A stretch of DNA of 64,000 nucleotides from Thermoplasmata archaeon (GCA_022750375.1 JAKIVU010000005.1:4288-68287); one strand, 5' to 3'. Counted from the first letter of the stretch, positions 19,188 to 28,546 are shown. The notes: generated by a model not told the origin, from the letters alone. A program made the numbers and translations.

Positions 19188-19980
19188 TCGTCCCCGCGTT
19201 CGGGGAGCGGGGGTCGGCTCCGGGCCGGAGGACCCACGGCCGCGTCGTGGTGAGCGGTACGAATCCCAACCGCTCCAGGATCGGCCGGCTCGTCTCCCGG
19301 GCGTCGACGGTCAGGAATCGGTACCCCCGCTCGCGGGCGACGTCGGCACGCGCCGCGACCAGCGTTCGATAGATCCCCCGGTGACGGAACGCCGGGGCGG
19401 TCCCCCCGCCGTAGAGCCCCGCGAACGACCGGCCGGCCGGCATCTCCAGCCGGCCCGAGGCGACGGGCGCTCCGTCGAGGTAGGCGACGAACAGTCCCTG
19501 CGTGGGGTCGCGGATCCACGCGGCCCAACGCTCGACGAAGGGCCGGCCGCCGGGACCGAACGCCGCTGCATTCACCGTCGCCGCATCGCGAAGCCCGGCC
19601 TCGTCCGTCACGCGTCGTACTTCGAGACCCGGGGGGCGGGGCTCGGCCCGGCTCGACGCCGGGAGCTCGAGAACGACCAACGTCTCGAGCTCGTCCGGGA
19701 CAAACCCTTCCGCGGCGAGGAGCGACTCGAGGTTTTCCGGTAGATCGTGGCCGAACACCTTCCACTCGACCTCCGCGCCGGCGCGGCGAAAGTGGTCGGC
19801 CTGTTCGTGGACGACCCGGGCGGCGTCCGTCCCGCCGAGGTCGGAGAAGATCACGTAGTTCTCCTCTCCGACGACGCGAACGATTCGGCCCAACGGTTCG
19901 ATGCGGGCGCCGGCATACGCCGCCGGATCCTTCCGCATCTCGCGGTCGTACAGCTCCCGAAGTTCGCGGGTGGCGGTCAT
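19174..19980 (-). CDS. GNAT family N-acetyltransferase
   Basis: 268 aa. The C-terminal half carries the acetyl-CoA motif PAFRHRGIYRTLVAA. Its 3' end overlaps the hydrolase convergently by 14 nt. Confidence 0.75.
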   Translation of the reverse strand: MTATRELRELYDREMRKDPAAYAGARIEPLGRIVRVVGEENYVIFSDLGGTDAARVVHEQADHFRRAGAEVEWKVFGHDLPENLESLLAAEGFVPDELETLVVLELPASSRAEPRPPGLEVRRVTDEAGLRDAATVNAAAFGPGGRPFVERWAAWIRDPTQGLFVAYLDGAPVASGRLEMPAGRSFAGLYGGGTAPAFRHRGIYRTLVAARADVARERGYRFLTVDARETSRPILERLGFVPLTTTRPWVLRPGADPRSPNAGTTIRR

Positions 19981-20042
19981 CGGCCTCGCACCGTGGAGGG
20001 CACGGCGGTCCTGCTCGGGGGGGCGAGTTTCGACGAGTCCAT

Positions 20043-20798
20043 ATGGGAGGTGCCGGCCTTTGTATCACGATGAGCGAGCGCGAGGCCTCCGACGACCCCC
20101 GCGACCCGAAAAAGGTCGTGCGGGAAGGGTGGAACCGCGTCTCCACGATTTACCGGCCGCCCGGCTCGCCCGCCGATGCGTTCGACCACACGAACACCGA
20201 TTACCGGGAGTGGCTGCAGCCGTTCTTCCGAATGCTCGCGCCCGGTTCCGAGGTCCTGGACCTCGGCTGCGGTTGCGGGATCCCGGAGGCCCGGATGCTC
20301 TCCGAACGGTTCCGCGTCACGGGGGTCGACATCTCCGACGTGCAGATCGCGCGGGCGCGCCGCACCGTGCCGGAGGGACGGTTCCTGCGGGCCGACATGA
20401 CCCGGGTCTCGTTCCCCGCGCGGTCGTTCGGTGGGGTCGTCTGCCTCTACTCCCTGATCCACGTCCCGCTCGATGAACAGCCCGACCTGATCGCGAAGGT
20501 CTACCGCTGGCTCGGTCCGGGAGGCCTCTTCCTCGTCACCACCGGGGCGACGGCGTGGACGGGGGTCGAGGAAGGATGGCTCGGCTCCAACGCGAAGATG
20601 TACTGGAGCCACGCGGACGCACCGACCTACGAGCAGTGGTTCAAGGAGCGCGGCTTCCGCATCCTCCGACGAACACTCGTTCCGGAAGGCGCCACGCGCC
20701 ACGCCCTGTTCCTCGTGCAGGCGCCGACCGCGTCCCCCGCGGGGCCGGCGCCCCGGATCGGGGCCGGGCAGCGGGGCCTCGACTACTTCGACCGGTGA
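20043..20798 (+). CDS. class I SAM-dependent methyltransferase
   Basis: Motif I VLDLGCGCG and the post-I and motif II pattern (FGGVVCLYSLIHV). An alternative ATG lies at 20070. Confidence 0.8.
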   Translation: MGGAGLCITMSEREASDDPRDPKKVVREGWNRVSTIYRPPGSPADAFDHTNTDYREWLQPFFRMLAPGSEVLDLGCGCGIPEARMLSERFRVTGVDISDVQIARARRTVPEGRFLRADMTRVSFPARSFGGVVCLYSLIHVPLDEQPDLIAKVYRWLGPGGLFLVTTGATAWTGVEEGWLGSNAKMYWSHADAPTYEQWFKERGFRILRRTLVPEGATRHALFLVQAPTASPAGPAPRIGAGQRGLDYFDR

Positions 20799-21508
20799 GG
20801 GTGGGTGGCCTTCGCCTTCCGGGCGGAGTCTTCCGCGGCGACCTGCGCGTTCGCGCGGACGATGGTCTCGAGCTTCCTCGCGAAGGTCGCGAGGTGGTCC
20901 CCCCGGATCCCGATGACCATCTTGTCGCTGCCGATGTCGGTGTAGATCCGCGAGCCCGTGCATCCGAGCGACGCCGCCACCGGGGCGCCCTGGTTCATGA
21001 TCGGCATGATCGCGCACATCGGTCGGCCGTTCATCGGCACCGGTGCCGCGTCGGCTCCCGAGCCCGCGGCTTCGAGCGCGAGCATCGCGCCCTTCGGCCG
21101 GGCGAACAGGAGGACCCCGGTGGGCGGCATGGAGAGCGAGCCGAGCGGACCGTAGGCGACCCACTTCGGGGCGGTCTTGTTGTGCGGGACGTGGGCTTCC
21201 TCGCCCGGGTTCAGGTACCCTTCCTTCTGCATCGAGCCGATCGTGCCCATCAGTCGGGTCCCGAGCTCGCCCGCGGGCTGGACTCCGAGGACGAAGGCGC
21301 CGATCTCGCAGTCCTCGTGCGCCGGCAAGCCCGCGTAGAACGGCTTCTCGGCCCCGAACGCGAAGAACGTGCAGACCGACGGCACGCCGCCAGGATGTTC
21401 CGGCACGCCCTTCGGTGGCTCCTCGAGGTAGGAGACCTGGACGGGAGGGGTGTCGAGCTCGAGTTGGCGTACCAACTGCGCTGCGATCGCTTGATTCTCG
21501 GCGGACAT
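20783..21508 (-). CDS. DUF169 domain protein
   Basis: 241 aa. SVCTFFAFGAEKPFY and CEIGAFVLG are typical of DUF169. Confidence 0.7.
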   Translation of the reverse strand: MSAENQAIAAQLVRQLELDTPPVQVSYLEEPPKGVPEHPGGVPSVCTFFAFGAEKPFYAGLPAHEDCEIGAFVLGVQPAGELGTRLMGTIGSMQKEGYLNPGEEAHVPHNKTAPKWVAYGPLGSLSMPPTGVLLFARPKGAMLALEAAGSGADAAPVPMNGRPMCAIMPIMNQGAPVAASLGCTGSRIYTDIGSDKMVIGIRGDHLATFARKLETIVRANAQVAAEDSARKAKATHPHRSK

Positions 21509-21686
21509 GGGTTACCGGAGCGTCGGAGACGCCCCCCCGTATAGAGGGTTTCGCCTCGCGATTCCGGGCGCGCGACGTAGCAGCGCTCGACCCGTCCCGG
21601 GATTTCGATCCCCGGTCCCTCGTCCGCGCCTCCGGTGACCGTCGGGGATAGTAGAATCTAGTCGAACGCGATGCGGTACCCGCCGA

Positions 21687-22127
21687 GTGACCTCCCGGGC
21701 CGGGGGGACGGCAGGAGTCCGGGTGCCCGATTCGGAGACGGTGCGGACCGCGTTGAAGTTCGTCAACGAGATCAACCGTCACGACGTCGACAGCCTGGTC
21801 GCTTTGCTCTCGGACGATCACTTGTTCGTCGATGGGCTCGGCCAGGAGTTCCGGGGCAAGGAGAAGCTTCGGGAGTCGTGGCAGGCGTACTTCGCATGGT
21901 TTCCTGATTACCATCTCGCCGTGAAGGAGTGGTTCCAGACCGGTCGGGTAGTCGGAATGTTCGGGACGGCGAGCGGCACGTTCGCGATCGGCACCGACCT
22001 CCCTGTGCAGAATCGGTGGAAGACGCCGGCCGCCTGGAGAGCGGTCGTCCGCGACCATCAGATCTCCCACTGGCAGGTGTACGCCGATAACGAACCGGTC
22101 TGGAAGGTCATGGGCATCAAACGGTAG
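21687..22127 (+). CDS. NTF2-like (SnoaL-type) protein
   Basis: 146 aa. VRTALKFVNEINRHDVDSLVALLSDDHLF...W..YFAWFPDY is the SnoaL/NTF2 pattern. The true start is possibly the GTG at 21723. Confidence 0.65.
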   Translation: MTSRAGGTAGVRVPDSETVRTALKFVNEINRHDVDSLVALLSDDHLFVDGLGQEFRGKEKLRESWQAYFAWFPDYHLAVKEWFQTGRVVGMFGTASGTFAIGTDLPVQNRWKTPAAWRAVVRDHQISHWQVYADNEPVWKVMGIKR

Positions 22128-22131
22128 CGCG

Positions 22132-22872
22132 CTAGCGCAGCACCCCAAACCGGTCGAGCGTGGCGAGGATCGTCTGCACCTCGTCGTCCACGGAAACGCG
22201 CAGACCGTACCGACGGAAGTACCGGTCGAATGCCCCCAACCCGTGACGGAGCGCGTCGCCCGCCTCGGTGAGCCGGATCCACGGGGAGGCGCCGAGCCGG
22301 TCGACCCGAACCGCCTGGCCGAGGTCGATCACCCACGGTTCCTCCCGATGCACGAGGATGTTGTACGGACTCAGGTCGGTGTGCACTACCCCCGCCGCGG
22401 CGAGCTTCTGGACCTGGTCGACAACGGACGCCAGCATCCGTTCCGGCACGCGCGGCGTCACGTCATGCAATCGGGGCGCCGGGCCTTCGTCCGTGCCCAG
22501 GTACTCCATGGAGAACATGTTCTCGACCCGCCGGCCCGGTTCCGGCACGCGCGCCCCCCCTCGCCACGCCGAGGTCAGCATCTCGAGCTCGTGCGCCGCA
22601 TGGTGCCCCATCGACTCCTGCTTGACCGGCCCCCCGCCCCGGTGACTGGTGCGGTAGAGCCGGTAGACCTTCACCGCGAGGAGCATCCGATCGTCCGCGC
22701 AGGCGTAGACGTCCGCCTCCTTGCCGGAGCCGATCCGCTGGAGCACCTCGGTAGCGAGCCCGCACTCCAAGATCGACTCCGCGGCCTCGGAGTACCGTTG
22801 CTCCCGGAAGGAAGCGGTCCCCGAGCGGAGCTTCCAGTGTACACTGGGGTCGAGGTATTCTTCGTTCGGCAC
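22132..22872 (-). CDS. RIO-type serine/threonine protein kinase
   Basis: 246 aa. GSGKEADVY, LAVKVYR, catalytic HTDLSPYNILV and metal-binding VIDLGQAV. Confidence 0.85.
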   Translation of the reverse strand: MPNEEYLDPSVHWKLRSGTASFREQRYSEAAESILECGLATEVLQRIGSGKEADVYACADDRMLLAVKVYRLYRTSHRGGGPVKQESMGHHAAHELEMLTSAWRGGARVPEPGRRVENMFSMEYLGTDEGPAPRLHDVTPRVPERMLASVVDQVQKLAAAGVVHTDLSPYNILVHREEPWVIDLGQAVRVDRLGASPWIRLTEAGDALRHGLGAFDRYFRRYGLRVSVDDEVQTILATLDRFGVLR

Positions 22873-23101
22873 GGGGGGTTTGGTTGGGTGAGTTCCGTGG
22901 AGGAGCGGTCGGCCAACGCCGGGCGCGCGGCCGGGACGACCGAACGGAGTTCAGTCGGTTCCCGGTGACTGGAAAGATTCGACACGACTCGTCATTCCGG
23001 GAACCTCCTGGCCGCAGGGGCCGAGGGACGCTACTCCGGGGAGGTATCTATAGGCTTTCAGGGAGAGGAAGGGGTTCGCCGCTGGGTCCCTATTCGGGGG
23101 C

Positions 23102-23479
23102 TCAGTGACCCATCTGGTGGTGCCGGCTCATCTGGTGGAAGAGCCAGCCGAGGAACGCCAGGAAGATCCCGATGCCGACGAGCGCATCGAAGATCGCCAT
23201 GGTGTTGAAGTACGTCTGGGTGGCGTTCGTGGCGCCCGAAGAGGCGAAGGTCGAATTCCCGATCGCGCCGACCAGGAAGCCGACCAGGACGAGCACCCCT
23301 CCGACCAGCACGAGGATGCCGCCGAAGCTGAGCCACGCCGGAAGCATCGGTCGATACTGCTGGGGCGGGGGACCCTGCCAGCCGGGGTACGGTTGGGCTG
23401 GGTAGCCCGCGGGAGCGTTTTCCGGGGGCGGCGGCGCGTTCGGGTAGTTCATCGGTGCCTGGGAGGGGGGGTCGGGCAT
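23102..23479 (-). CDS. Pro-rich N-terminus membrane protein, unknown function
   Basis: 125 aa. About 45 aa of PxxP-rich sequence, then two or three TM helices. Confidence 0.5.
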   Translation of the reverse strand: MPDPPSQAPMNYPNAPPPPENAPAGYPAQPYPGWQGPPPQQYRPMLPAWLSFGGILVLVGGVLVLVGFLVGAIGNSTFASSGATNATQTYFNTMAIFDALVGIGIFLAFLGWLFHQMSRHHQMGH

Positions 23480-23561
23480 GCTGCAGTACTTGTTGGGACC
23501 TAGTATAGGAAGCTACCCATCGCGATCCGGGGGCCCCGTCGTGGCGGACCGGTGTCGGACG

Positions 23562-24614
23562 TCACCGACCCTGGGGGACGCCGATCCACTTCTGCAACCG
23601 GTGCAGGTTCGGAAGACTGCCGACGACGATGAGGGCGTCGCCCGGCTGGAAACGGAACGACGACGGAGGGTTGAGCACCGTCACGAACTCTCCGTCCGCC
23701 CCCGGACGGGCGTAGCCGATCACGAGACAGTCGGCCGCCGCCCGCACGAGGGCTTCCGCCTCCAGGAGGGGCTGCTTCGACACCGGCGTGCGCTCGGTGA
23801 GGATGAACTCCTCCATGTCCGCCCCGAACGCGGTGCTCGTCAGGTCCTCGACCATGTTGGCTACCTCCGGCCGGAACGCGGCATCCGCGCAGAGCCGCCC
23901 GCCCATGTCCGCGGGGGAGGCGACGTACGTCACGCCGGCGGCTTTCAGGGTCTGCTTGAGCTCCGGTCGGGCGACCGACACGACGATCCGTATGGTGGGG
24001 TTGACCGCCCGCACGTTCAGCGCGGCGACCAGGGTCGTCGTGTCGTCCCCCGTGCAGACGATCACCGAGTGCGCCCCCGCGACGTTCACGCGTTCCAGGA
24101 TCTCGGCTTCTCCGGCGTGACCGTAGGTGGCGAACAGTTGCTTTTCCGTAGCCAGGTTGTGCAACCCCCCGACCTCGTTCGCGTCGGCCGTCACGACCGC
24201 GACCTTCTCGTCCTGGGCCAGGAGCTCCCGGACCGCGGCCCGTCCGACGTCGGAGTAGCCGAGGACGACGATGTGCCCGGACATGTTCGTTCCGAGCGTC
24301 CCGAGCAGCCGATGCTGGGACTCTTCGCCGACCACGGAGATCACGACGGTGACGAGGTAGGCGCCGAGGAATACTTCAACCGCCGCGATGCCGATCGTGA
24401 ACAGCTTCGCGTTGGCATTGGTGGGGACGACGTCCCCGTATCCGATGGTCGAGAGCGTGATCATCGCCCAGTAGAACGAGTTGAGCAGGTCGGTTGTCCC
24501 GTGGTACGATTCGAGAACGTAGAAGCCGAGCGCCGCGGTCAGGAAGACCGCGACGTACGCGGCGAGAAATTTCCACAGGCGCCCGAAGAGGATAGTCGCG
24601 TAGCTCCGCCGCAT
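23562..24614 (-). CDS. potassium channel with RCK/TrkA-N domain (MthK-like)
   Basis: 350 aa. Selectivity filter TLSTIGYGD, followed by the Rossmann motif HIVVLGYSDVGR and an RCK C-terminal lobe. Confidence 0.9.
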   Translation of the reverse strand: MRRSYATILFGRLWKFLAAYVAVFLTAALGFYVLESYHGTTDLLNSFYWAMITLSTIGYGDVVPTNANAKLFTIGIAAVEVFLGAYLVTVVISVVGEESQHRLLGTLGTNMSGHIVVLGYSDVGRAAVRELLAQDEKVAVVTADANEVGGLHNLATEKQLFATYGHAGEAEILERVNVAGAHSVIVCTGDDTTTLVAALNVRAVNPTIRIVVSVARPELKQTLKAAGVTYVASPADMGGRLCADAAFRPEVANMVEDLTSTAFGADMEEFILTERTPVSKQPLLEAEALVRAAADCLVIGYARPGADGEFVTVLNPPSSFRFQPGDALIVVGSLPNLHRLQKWIGVPQGR

Positions 24615-24997
24615 CGAGACCGTCGGCGCGCCACCGGTGCGGGGTTTCTAATCCTTTCTCCCCGGACATCGACGCTCGCTGTCCGCTCCGTGACACCCGC
24701 AGGGCTCGGGATCGGTCGATGTGCACCGCCTCAAGCGCGAAAGCTTTGGTAACGATCCGGGCGGATGGGCCGCGGAACGGAAGCGATTGGATTGATCCGA
24801 GGACTTGCCGGTTCGTTCGTCTGCGCTTTACCTAGCCAGTTCTAGCGCCTTGTCGAAGACGGGATCGCGCCCGGAACTATAATCGTCGAAAGTCGGCTCG
24901 ACCTCGATCTCCGGCGTCAGCGAGATGCCAACCTTCGGTCCCCAAACGACATTCGCCCAAAAGTAACGGTCCAGGTCCGATCCTGCCTTGCTCCAGT

Positions 24998-25025
24998 CCG
25001 AGAACTATCGTCTGCACAGAAACTC
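24998..25025 (-). repeat. island-specific intergenic repeat module, copy 1 (AGTTTCTGTGCA + GTTCTCGG)
   Basis: The minus strand reads GAGTTTCTGTGCAGACGATAGTTCTCGG. The same two-part module occurs at 28493-28520 on the plus strand. Confidence 0.6.
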
Positions 25026-25134
25026 GCGGGGATGCGCACAAACCCCTGCCGCCGCACTGAAACCCGTGCCCTCCACAGGTGAGAGATGGGATGCGCTGTA
25101 GCCCACGTTGCGGCTACCCCAGCGGTGAACGGAG

Positions 25135-25548
25135 CTAAGCGAACTCACCCTTGGGCCGGAGGAACTTCACGACGTAACCGTCGGGGTCGTTGATAGTGAA
25201 CGCCTTCCCGTACGGCCAGTCGCGGAGGCCCGACTCGATCTTTACCTTGGCTTTCTTCGCTCGCGCGTAGACCTTCTCGACGCTTCGGAGCTCGACGTTG
25301 ACGATGACGCCGCCGCCCAGCGGACCCTTCACCCAATCGTGATAGTCACTGTAGCCGCCACCGGTGGCTCCCGCCTCCCAGATTCGGCCGAGCGCGATGA
25401 CCGCGCCCCCCATCCCGACACCCGCATAGTCCAGTTTGCCGTCGTCGCCATTCCAAGCCCATCGAGTGTCGAACCCGAGCGCCTGGTAGAACTTCACTGA
25501 GCGTTCGACGTTCTTGACGTTGAACATGACGCTGATCTCCGCCTTCAC
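25135..25548 (-). CDS. VOC/glyoxalase-family protein
   Basis: 137 aa. VKNVERSVKFYQALGF and TINDPDGYVVKF. Lower G+C than the core genes. Confidence 0.75.
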   Translation of the reverse strand: MKAEISVMFNVKNVERSVKFYQALGFDTRWAWNGDDGKLDYAGVGMGGAVIALGRIWEAGATGGGYSDYHDWVKGPLGGGVIVNVELRSVEKVYARAKKAKVKIESGLRDWPYGKAFTINDPDGYVVKFLRPKGEFA

Positions 25549-25605
25549 CTACTTTTCCTCCGACGCGGGTGCACTACCGAGAGCCCTGCACATTAAGTCC
25601 TACAT

Positions 25606-25635
25606 AGAAAATAGTTCTCGGTCAAAGCCGTCGGC
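25606..25635 (+). repeat. island-specific intergenic repeat module, copy 2 (AGAAAATAGTTCTCGGTCAAAGCC)
   Basis: Aligns with 26296-26320 (AGAAAATCGTTCTCGGGCACAGC). Lies about 70-95 nt upstream of the ATG at 25702. Confidence 0.5.
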
Positions 25636-25701
25636 ACTCGGGGCCGCTTCGGGGCCGTTCCCGGAACCCGGGCTTAAGTCGTCCCACCGGTTTCCCGGCA
25701 C

Positions 25702-26184
25702 ATGCCCGAACGGGGCCACCGGATCTACGGGACCGCCACGGTGCGTGTCTCCCTAGTGATTCACGCCCCGTCGCGCTACGTGTACGAGTGGTGCACGGAC
25801 TATCGGAGCGACGACGGACGATTCTCGAACGGCCGCGCGAGTTACCGTGTGATCAAAATTTCGCCCCGCCGCGTGGTCCGGATTCGCGTTTCCCGGGGTT
25901 CTGGTCGCGATCCCAGCATCGCGGTCGAGTTGATTGGTCTCAATCCCCCCCACTCCTGGCACCTTGACCAGATCGACCAGACCGACCAGCAGTCCTTGGA
26001 CTACCGGGTCAGCGCCGTCGGCCGCGCGCGGACGCGACTTCAGCTGTTGAGCACCGAACGCTGGGTCACCCCGGAATTCCCGACCCGTGAAGCACTCCGC
26101 GCGCAGATCGCGAAGACGTGGGCCATGTTCGCCGTGGCACTCGAGGCGGACTATCGCGCCGGACGTCCCGCCCGGGGCAGGTGA
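25702..26184 (+). CDS. SRPBCC (START/polyketide-cyclase-like) superfamily protein
   Basis: 160 aa. VIHAPSRYVYEWCTDYR at the N-terminus and a long C-terminal helix, which is the typical SRPBCC layout. Confidence 0.6.
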   Translation: MPERGHRIYGTATVRVSLVIHAPSRYVYEWCTDYRSDDGRFSNGRASYRVIKISPRRVVRIRVSRGSGRDPSIAVELIGLNPPHSWHLDQIDQTDQQSLDYRVSAVGRARTRLQLLSTERWVTPEFPTREALRAQIAKTWAMFAVALEADYRAGRPARGR

Positions 26185-26270
26185 ACAGTCGTCGACGGAA
26201 CGACCGCGCGTCGTCCGAGTTCTACTCACCTCTCCGCGATCCCCACCGGCGTTCCCCATCGACGCCTCCC

Positions 26271-26392
26271 TGCGCAGAAACTAGCACCCCTTCACAGAAA
26301 ATCGTTCTCGGGCACAGCTTTGCGCTCCGGCTTTGCACCGCAACTAGTTTCTGTGCAGGGGCTTCCGTGCAGGGTCCGTAGTTCCTGTGCAG
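26271..26392 (+). repeat. cluster of island-specific repeat units, including an inverted pair TGCGCAGAAACTAG / CTAGTTTCTGTGCA
   Basis: TGCGCAGAAACTAG at 26271-26284. AGAAAATCGTTCTCGGGCACAGCTTTGCGCTCCGG at 26296-26330. CTAGTTTCTGTGCAG at 26344-26358. Further ..CCGTGCAG and GTTCCTGTGCAG units run to 26392. Confidence 0.6.
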
Positions 26393-26665
26393 CGGTGGGT
26401 GGCACCGAGCGCCTAAGCCCGGAAGTGTCGTTCAAAATCCGATCGGTCGCTAATCAATCTCTCGGAGCGCGCCGGTTGTTTCGTCTATGACTCCGAAATG
26501 ATTCGAGTGCAGCCTTGCGTCTCGCGCAGTCTATCCGTCGTGGCCAGTCACAGGCAGAGTCGCGCTTAACAACGGCCACCGTCTCAATGACTGACTCCGT
26601 CCGCGGCGTAACTGGCGTGGAGGATGGAGTGATATTCCAGTGGGCCATGTCTTTGACGGTGTGCA

Positions 26666-27785
26666 ATGGTCACGGGGCCATCCGGCCTCTTCGCTAAACT
26701 GTATTTGGCCGGGAATCCGCGACCAGTCTTAGCAGTGATTACAATTGTTGTTCTCGTGTTTGGCGCGATCGTCGGCGGTGTGAAACGTGCCGCAGCGTCC
26801 ACCGCCTTGCCTGCAGGTTGCTCACCGGACGCCGTTTCAGCGGCAGGGTACAACCTCTCCTCGACCGTTAACACGACCCAAGTCCTGAACGAGGCACTAT
26901 CTGCCGGCAGCCTTGTCGCGGAGACCAGCGGATTCCCTTCCCCTCAAAATCTCTCGTACGGCAGCACCTTTGAAATTTGGAACTTCACAGCACCAGTCTG
27001 CGTACCAATAATCCAGACTACCAACGCGGTCTTCTCGGGCCAAGTTGACGGCCAACCGTTTAATCTGGTAGTCTCTGAGAACCCCACGTCCACGGCGATC
27101 GAAAGTGTTTCCCTGCAGTCCGCGGGACTCTCAGACCCGAGTCACACTCCGAGCCTTTACGCAGGTTACGGTGTCAAGTCTACGAATAGCCCATCCGGTA
27201 AATGGACAGTTTCTACTGTGACCCTTCCCTCGGGCGGTTGTTTCAACTATTGCGACATTGACCCGTGGATCGGCCAGTCTCCCAACGCCAGCGGAACCGC
27301 CGGGATTTCCCAAACGGGAACCGAATCCGAAATTGAAGTCGTAACTGGGTGTTGTACTATCTATTCATATTATGCGTGGTACGAGTTTTGGCCTGGAACG
27401 GCTACAACCTGTTTCTCCGGGCGATGCGATCAAGGCAGAGTCAGGATATTCTGGTACGACGTACACTACAACCTTGCTCGACGTTTCATCGAACACGGGC
27501 TGCACCGCGAGCGACTCAGCAGGGTTCATTCCGAGTCCTGACGATGCGATCTTCGTGGAGGAGGAGCAGTATAGTTCCGCTTGCGGTTGCTATTTGGGCA
27601 CCCCGGTTTTCACGACATTTGACTTCGACGACCTGGTCGTCGGTGCCACTGGTGATCTAAACTCGTTGAGGCCAGCCCCCTTCCAATACAACACCGCAGG
27701 TAACGTTGGGATCGGCCCTTTAACTTACGATAATCACACGTGCGTAGTCCATGTCGACAGTTGCTTTGACGAGTACTACACGTAG
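26666..27785 (+). pseudogene. glutamic peptidase G1 (peptidase A4/eqolisin family) interrupted by a +1 frameshift near 27401-27411
   Basis: ORF 26666-27541 carries a signal anchor, DPWIGQS...ISQTG and YYAWYEFWPG. The family pattern continues in ORF 27372-27785 as VSPGDAIKAES...LLDVSSNTG...DAIFVEEEQ...TFDFDDL. The two frames join if one nucleotide is skipped after ACA ACC (27404-27409). Confidence 0.65.
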
Positions 27786-27800
27786 GAGCGGTGTGAGTAC

Positions 27801-28358
27801 ATGGATACCGTCAACGTTCGAGGGACGATGCGCATCGGCCCGCCGCCGATGCCGACAATATTCGCGTTTATCGGTCTCGTGATGATCTGCCTCGCTGTTG
27901 TTCTAACCCTTGTCACGCCGTGGGCCATCCAAGCGTCAAACCTACCACTCGGGAGCTTCGAACCGATCGTTCTGGCCCCGCTTGGCAGCTTGATGGCCGG
28001 GTCGCTACTACTTGCGCTCGGAGCCAGTGCCTACATCCGATCCCTTCGGCACCAGGCGACCGACTCAGCTGGTCCGGTGGGGTCGTTTCGCCAGCGGCGG
28101 CGCGATATCGCGCTCAAATCGACTATCTTCGGAGTGGTCCTTGGAGGCGGACTCATACTGCTCGGCTACCAGATCGTCTCCCCAGCGACCTGTGTTGCGC
28201 TCACTCATGGGCCTTACGCTTGCATGATTCCGAGTGCGGTTGCCGAGTTGTCTCTCGTGCTCATGTCGGGGGGTGTCGTGGCGCTGGGCTTGGGTATAGT
28301 GATTGGCGCCTTACTCGCGAGACCACAAATTAAAATGCGATCGAGGACTTCTTCATAG
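27801..28358 (+). CDS. membrane protein, unknown function
   Basis: 185 aa, ATG start, four TM helices, lower G+C. Confidence 0.55.
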   Translation: MDTVNVRGTMRIGPPPMPTIFAFIGLVMICLAVVLTLVTPWAIQASNLPLGSFEPIVLAPLGSLMAGSLLLALGASAYIRSLRHQATDSAGPVGSFRQRRRDIALKSTIFGVVLGGGLILLGYQIVSPATCVALTHGPYACMIPSAVAELSLVLMSGGVVALGLGIVIGALLARPQIKMRSRTSS

Positions 28359-28474
28359 CACGGCCGCGACCCCGACTGAAGACCAATCAATCACTGGACC
28401 GCGATGGTGCTTCCCTAGTTATGGTGGGGCCGTTGGGTAATGAAGCGGCGCTCGGCGGATGCGACCCCAAATAG

Positions 28475-28540
28475 GGTTCCTGTGCGGCCCAGCTAGTTTC
28501 TGTGCACCGAAGTGTTTTCGGGCAAAGCCTTGCGCTCCGC
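28475..28540 (+). repeat. island-specific repeat units (GGGTTCCTGTGCGG, CTAGTTTCTGTGCA, GTTTTCGGGCAAAGCCTTGCGCTCCGC) ending in an 8-bp perfect hairpin
   Basis: Same units as at 26271-26392 but in a different order. GCCTTGCG-CTC-CGCAAGGC (28526-28544) is a perfect inverted repeat. Confidence 0.6.
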
Positions 28541-28546
28541 AAGGCG

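Noticed and set aside
19977-22148. 723-aa minus-strand ORF spanning four annotated genes
   Set aside because: It is Arg/Gly/Pro/Asp-rich with no motifs. It runs antisense or out of frame to four genes with clear family signatures (methyltransferase, DUF169, NTF2-like and the GNAT start). Long stop-free shadow frames are expected at this G+C.
23040-23060. TATA-like TCTATAGG in the spacer between the RIO kinase gene and the Pro-rich membrane protein gene
   Set aside because: It is about 175 nt from the RIO start, and no gene or structured RNA could be assigned to it. It is noted only as a possible orphan promoter.
26454-26666. 70-aa minus-strand ORF in the long spacer upstream of the G1 peptidase gene
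   Set aside because: It has no motif, poor codon bias, and no upstream TATA spacing. It is probably non-coding spacer of the low-GC island.
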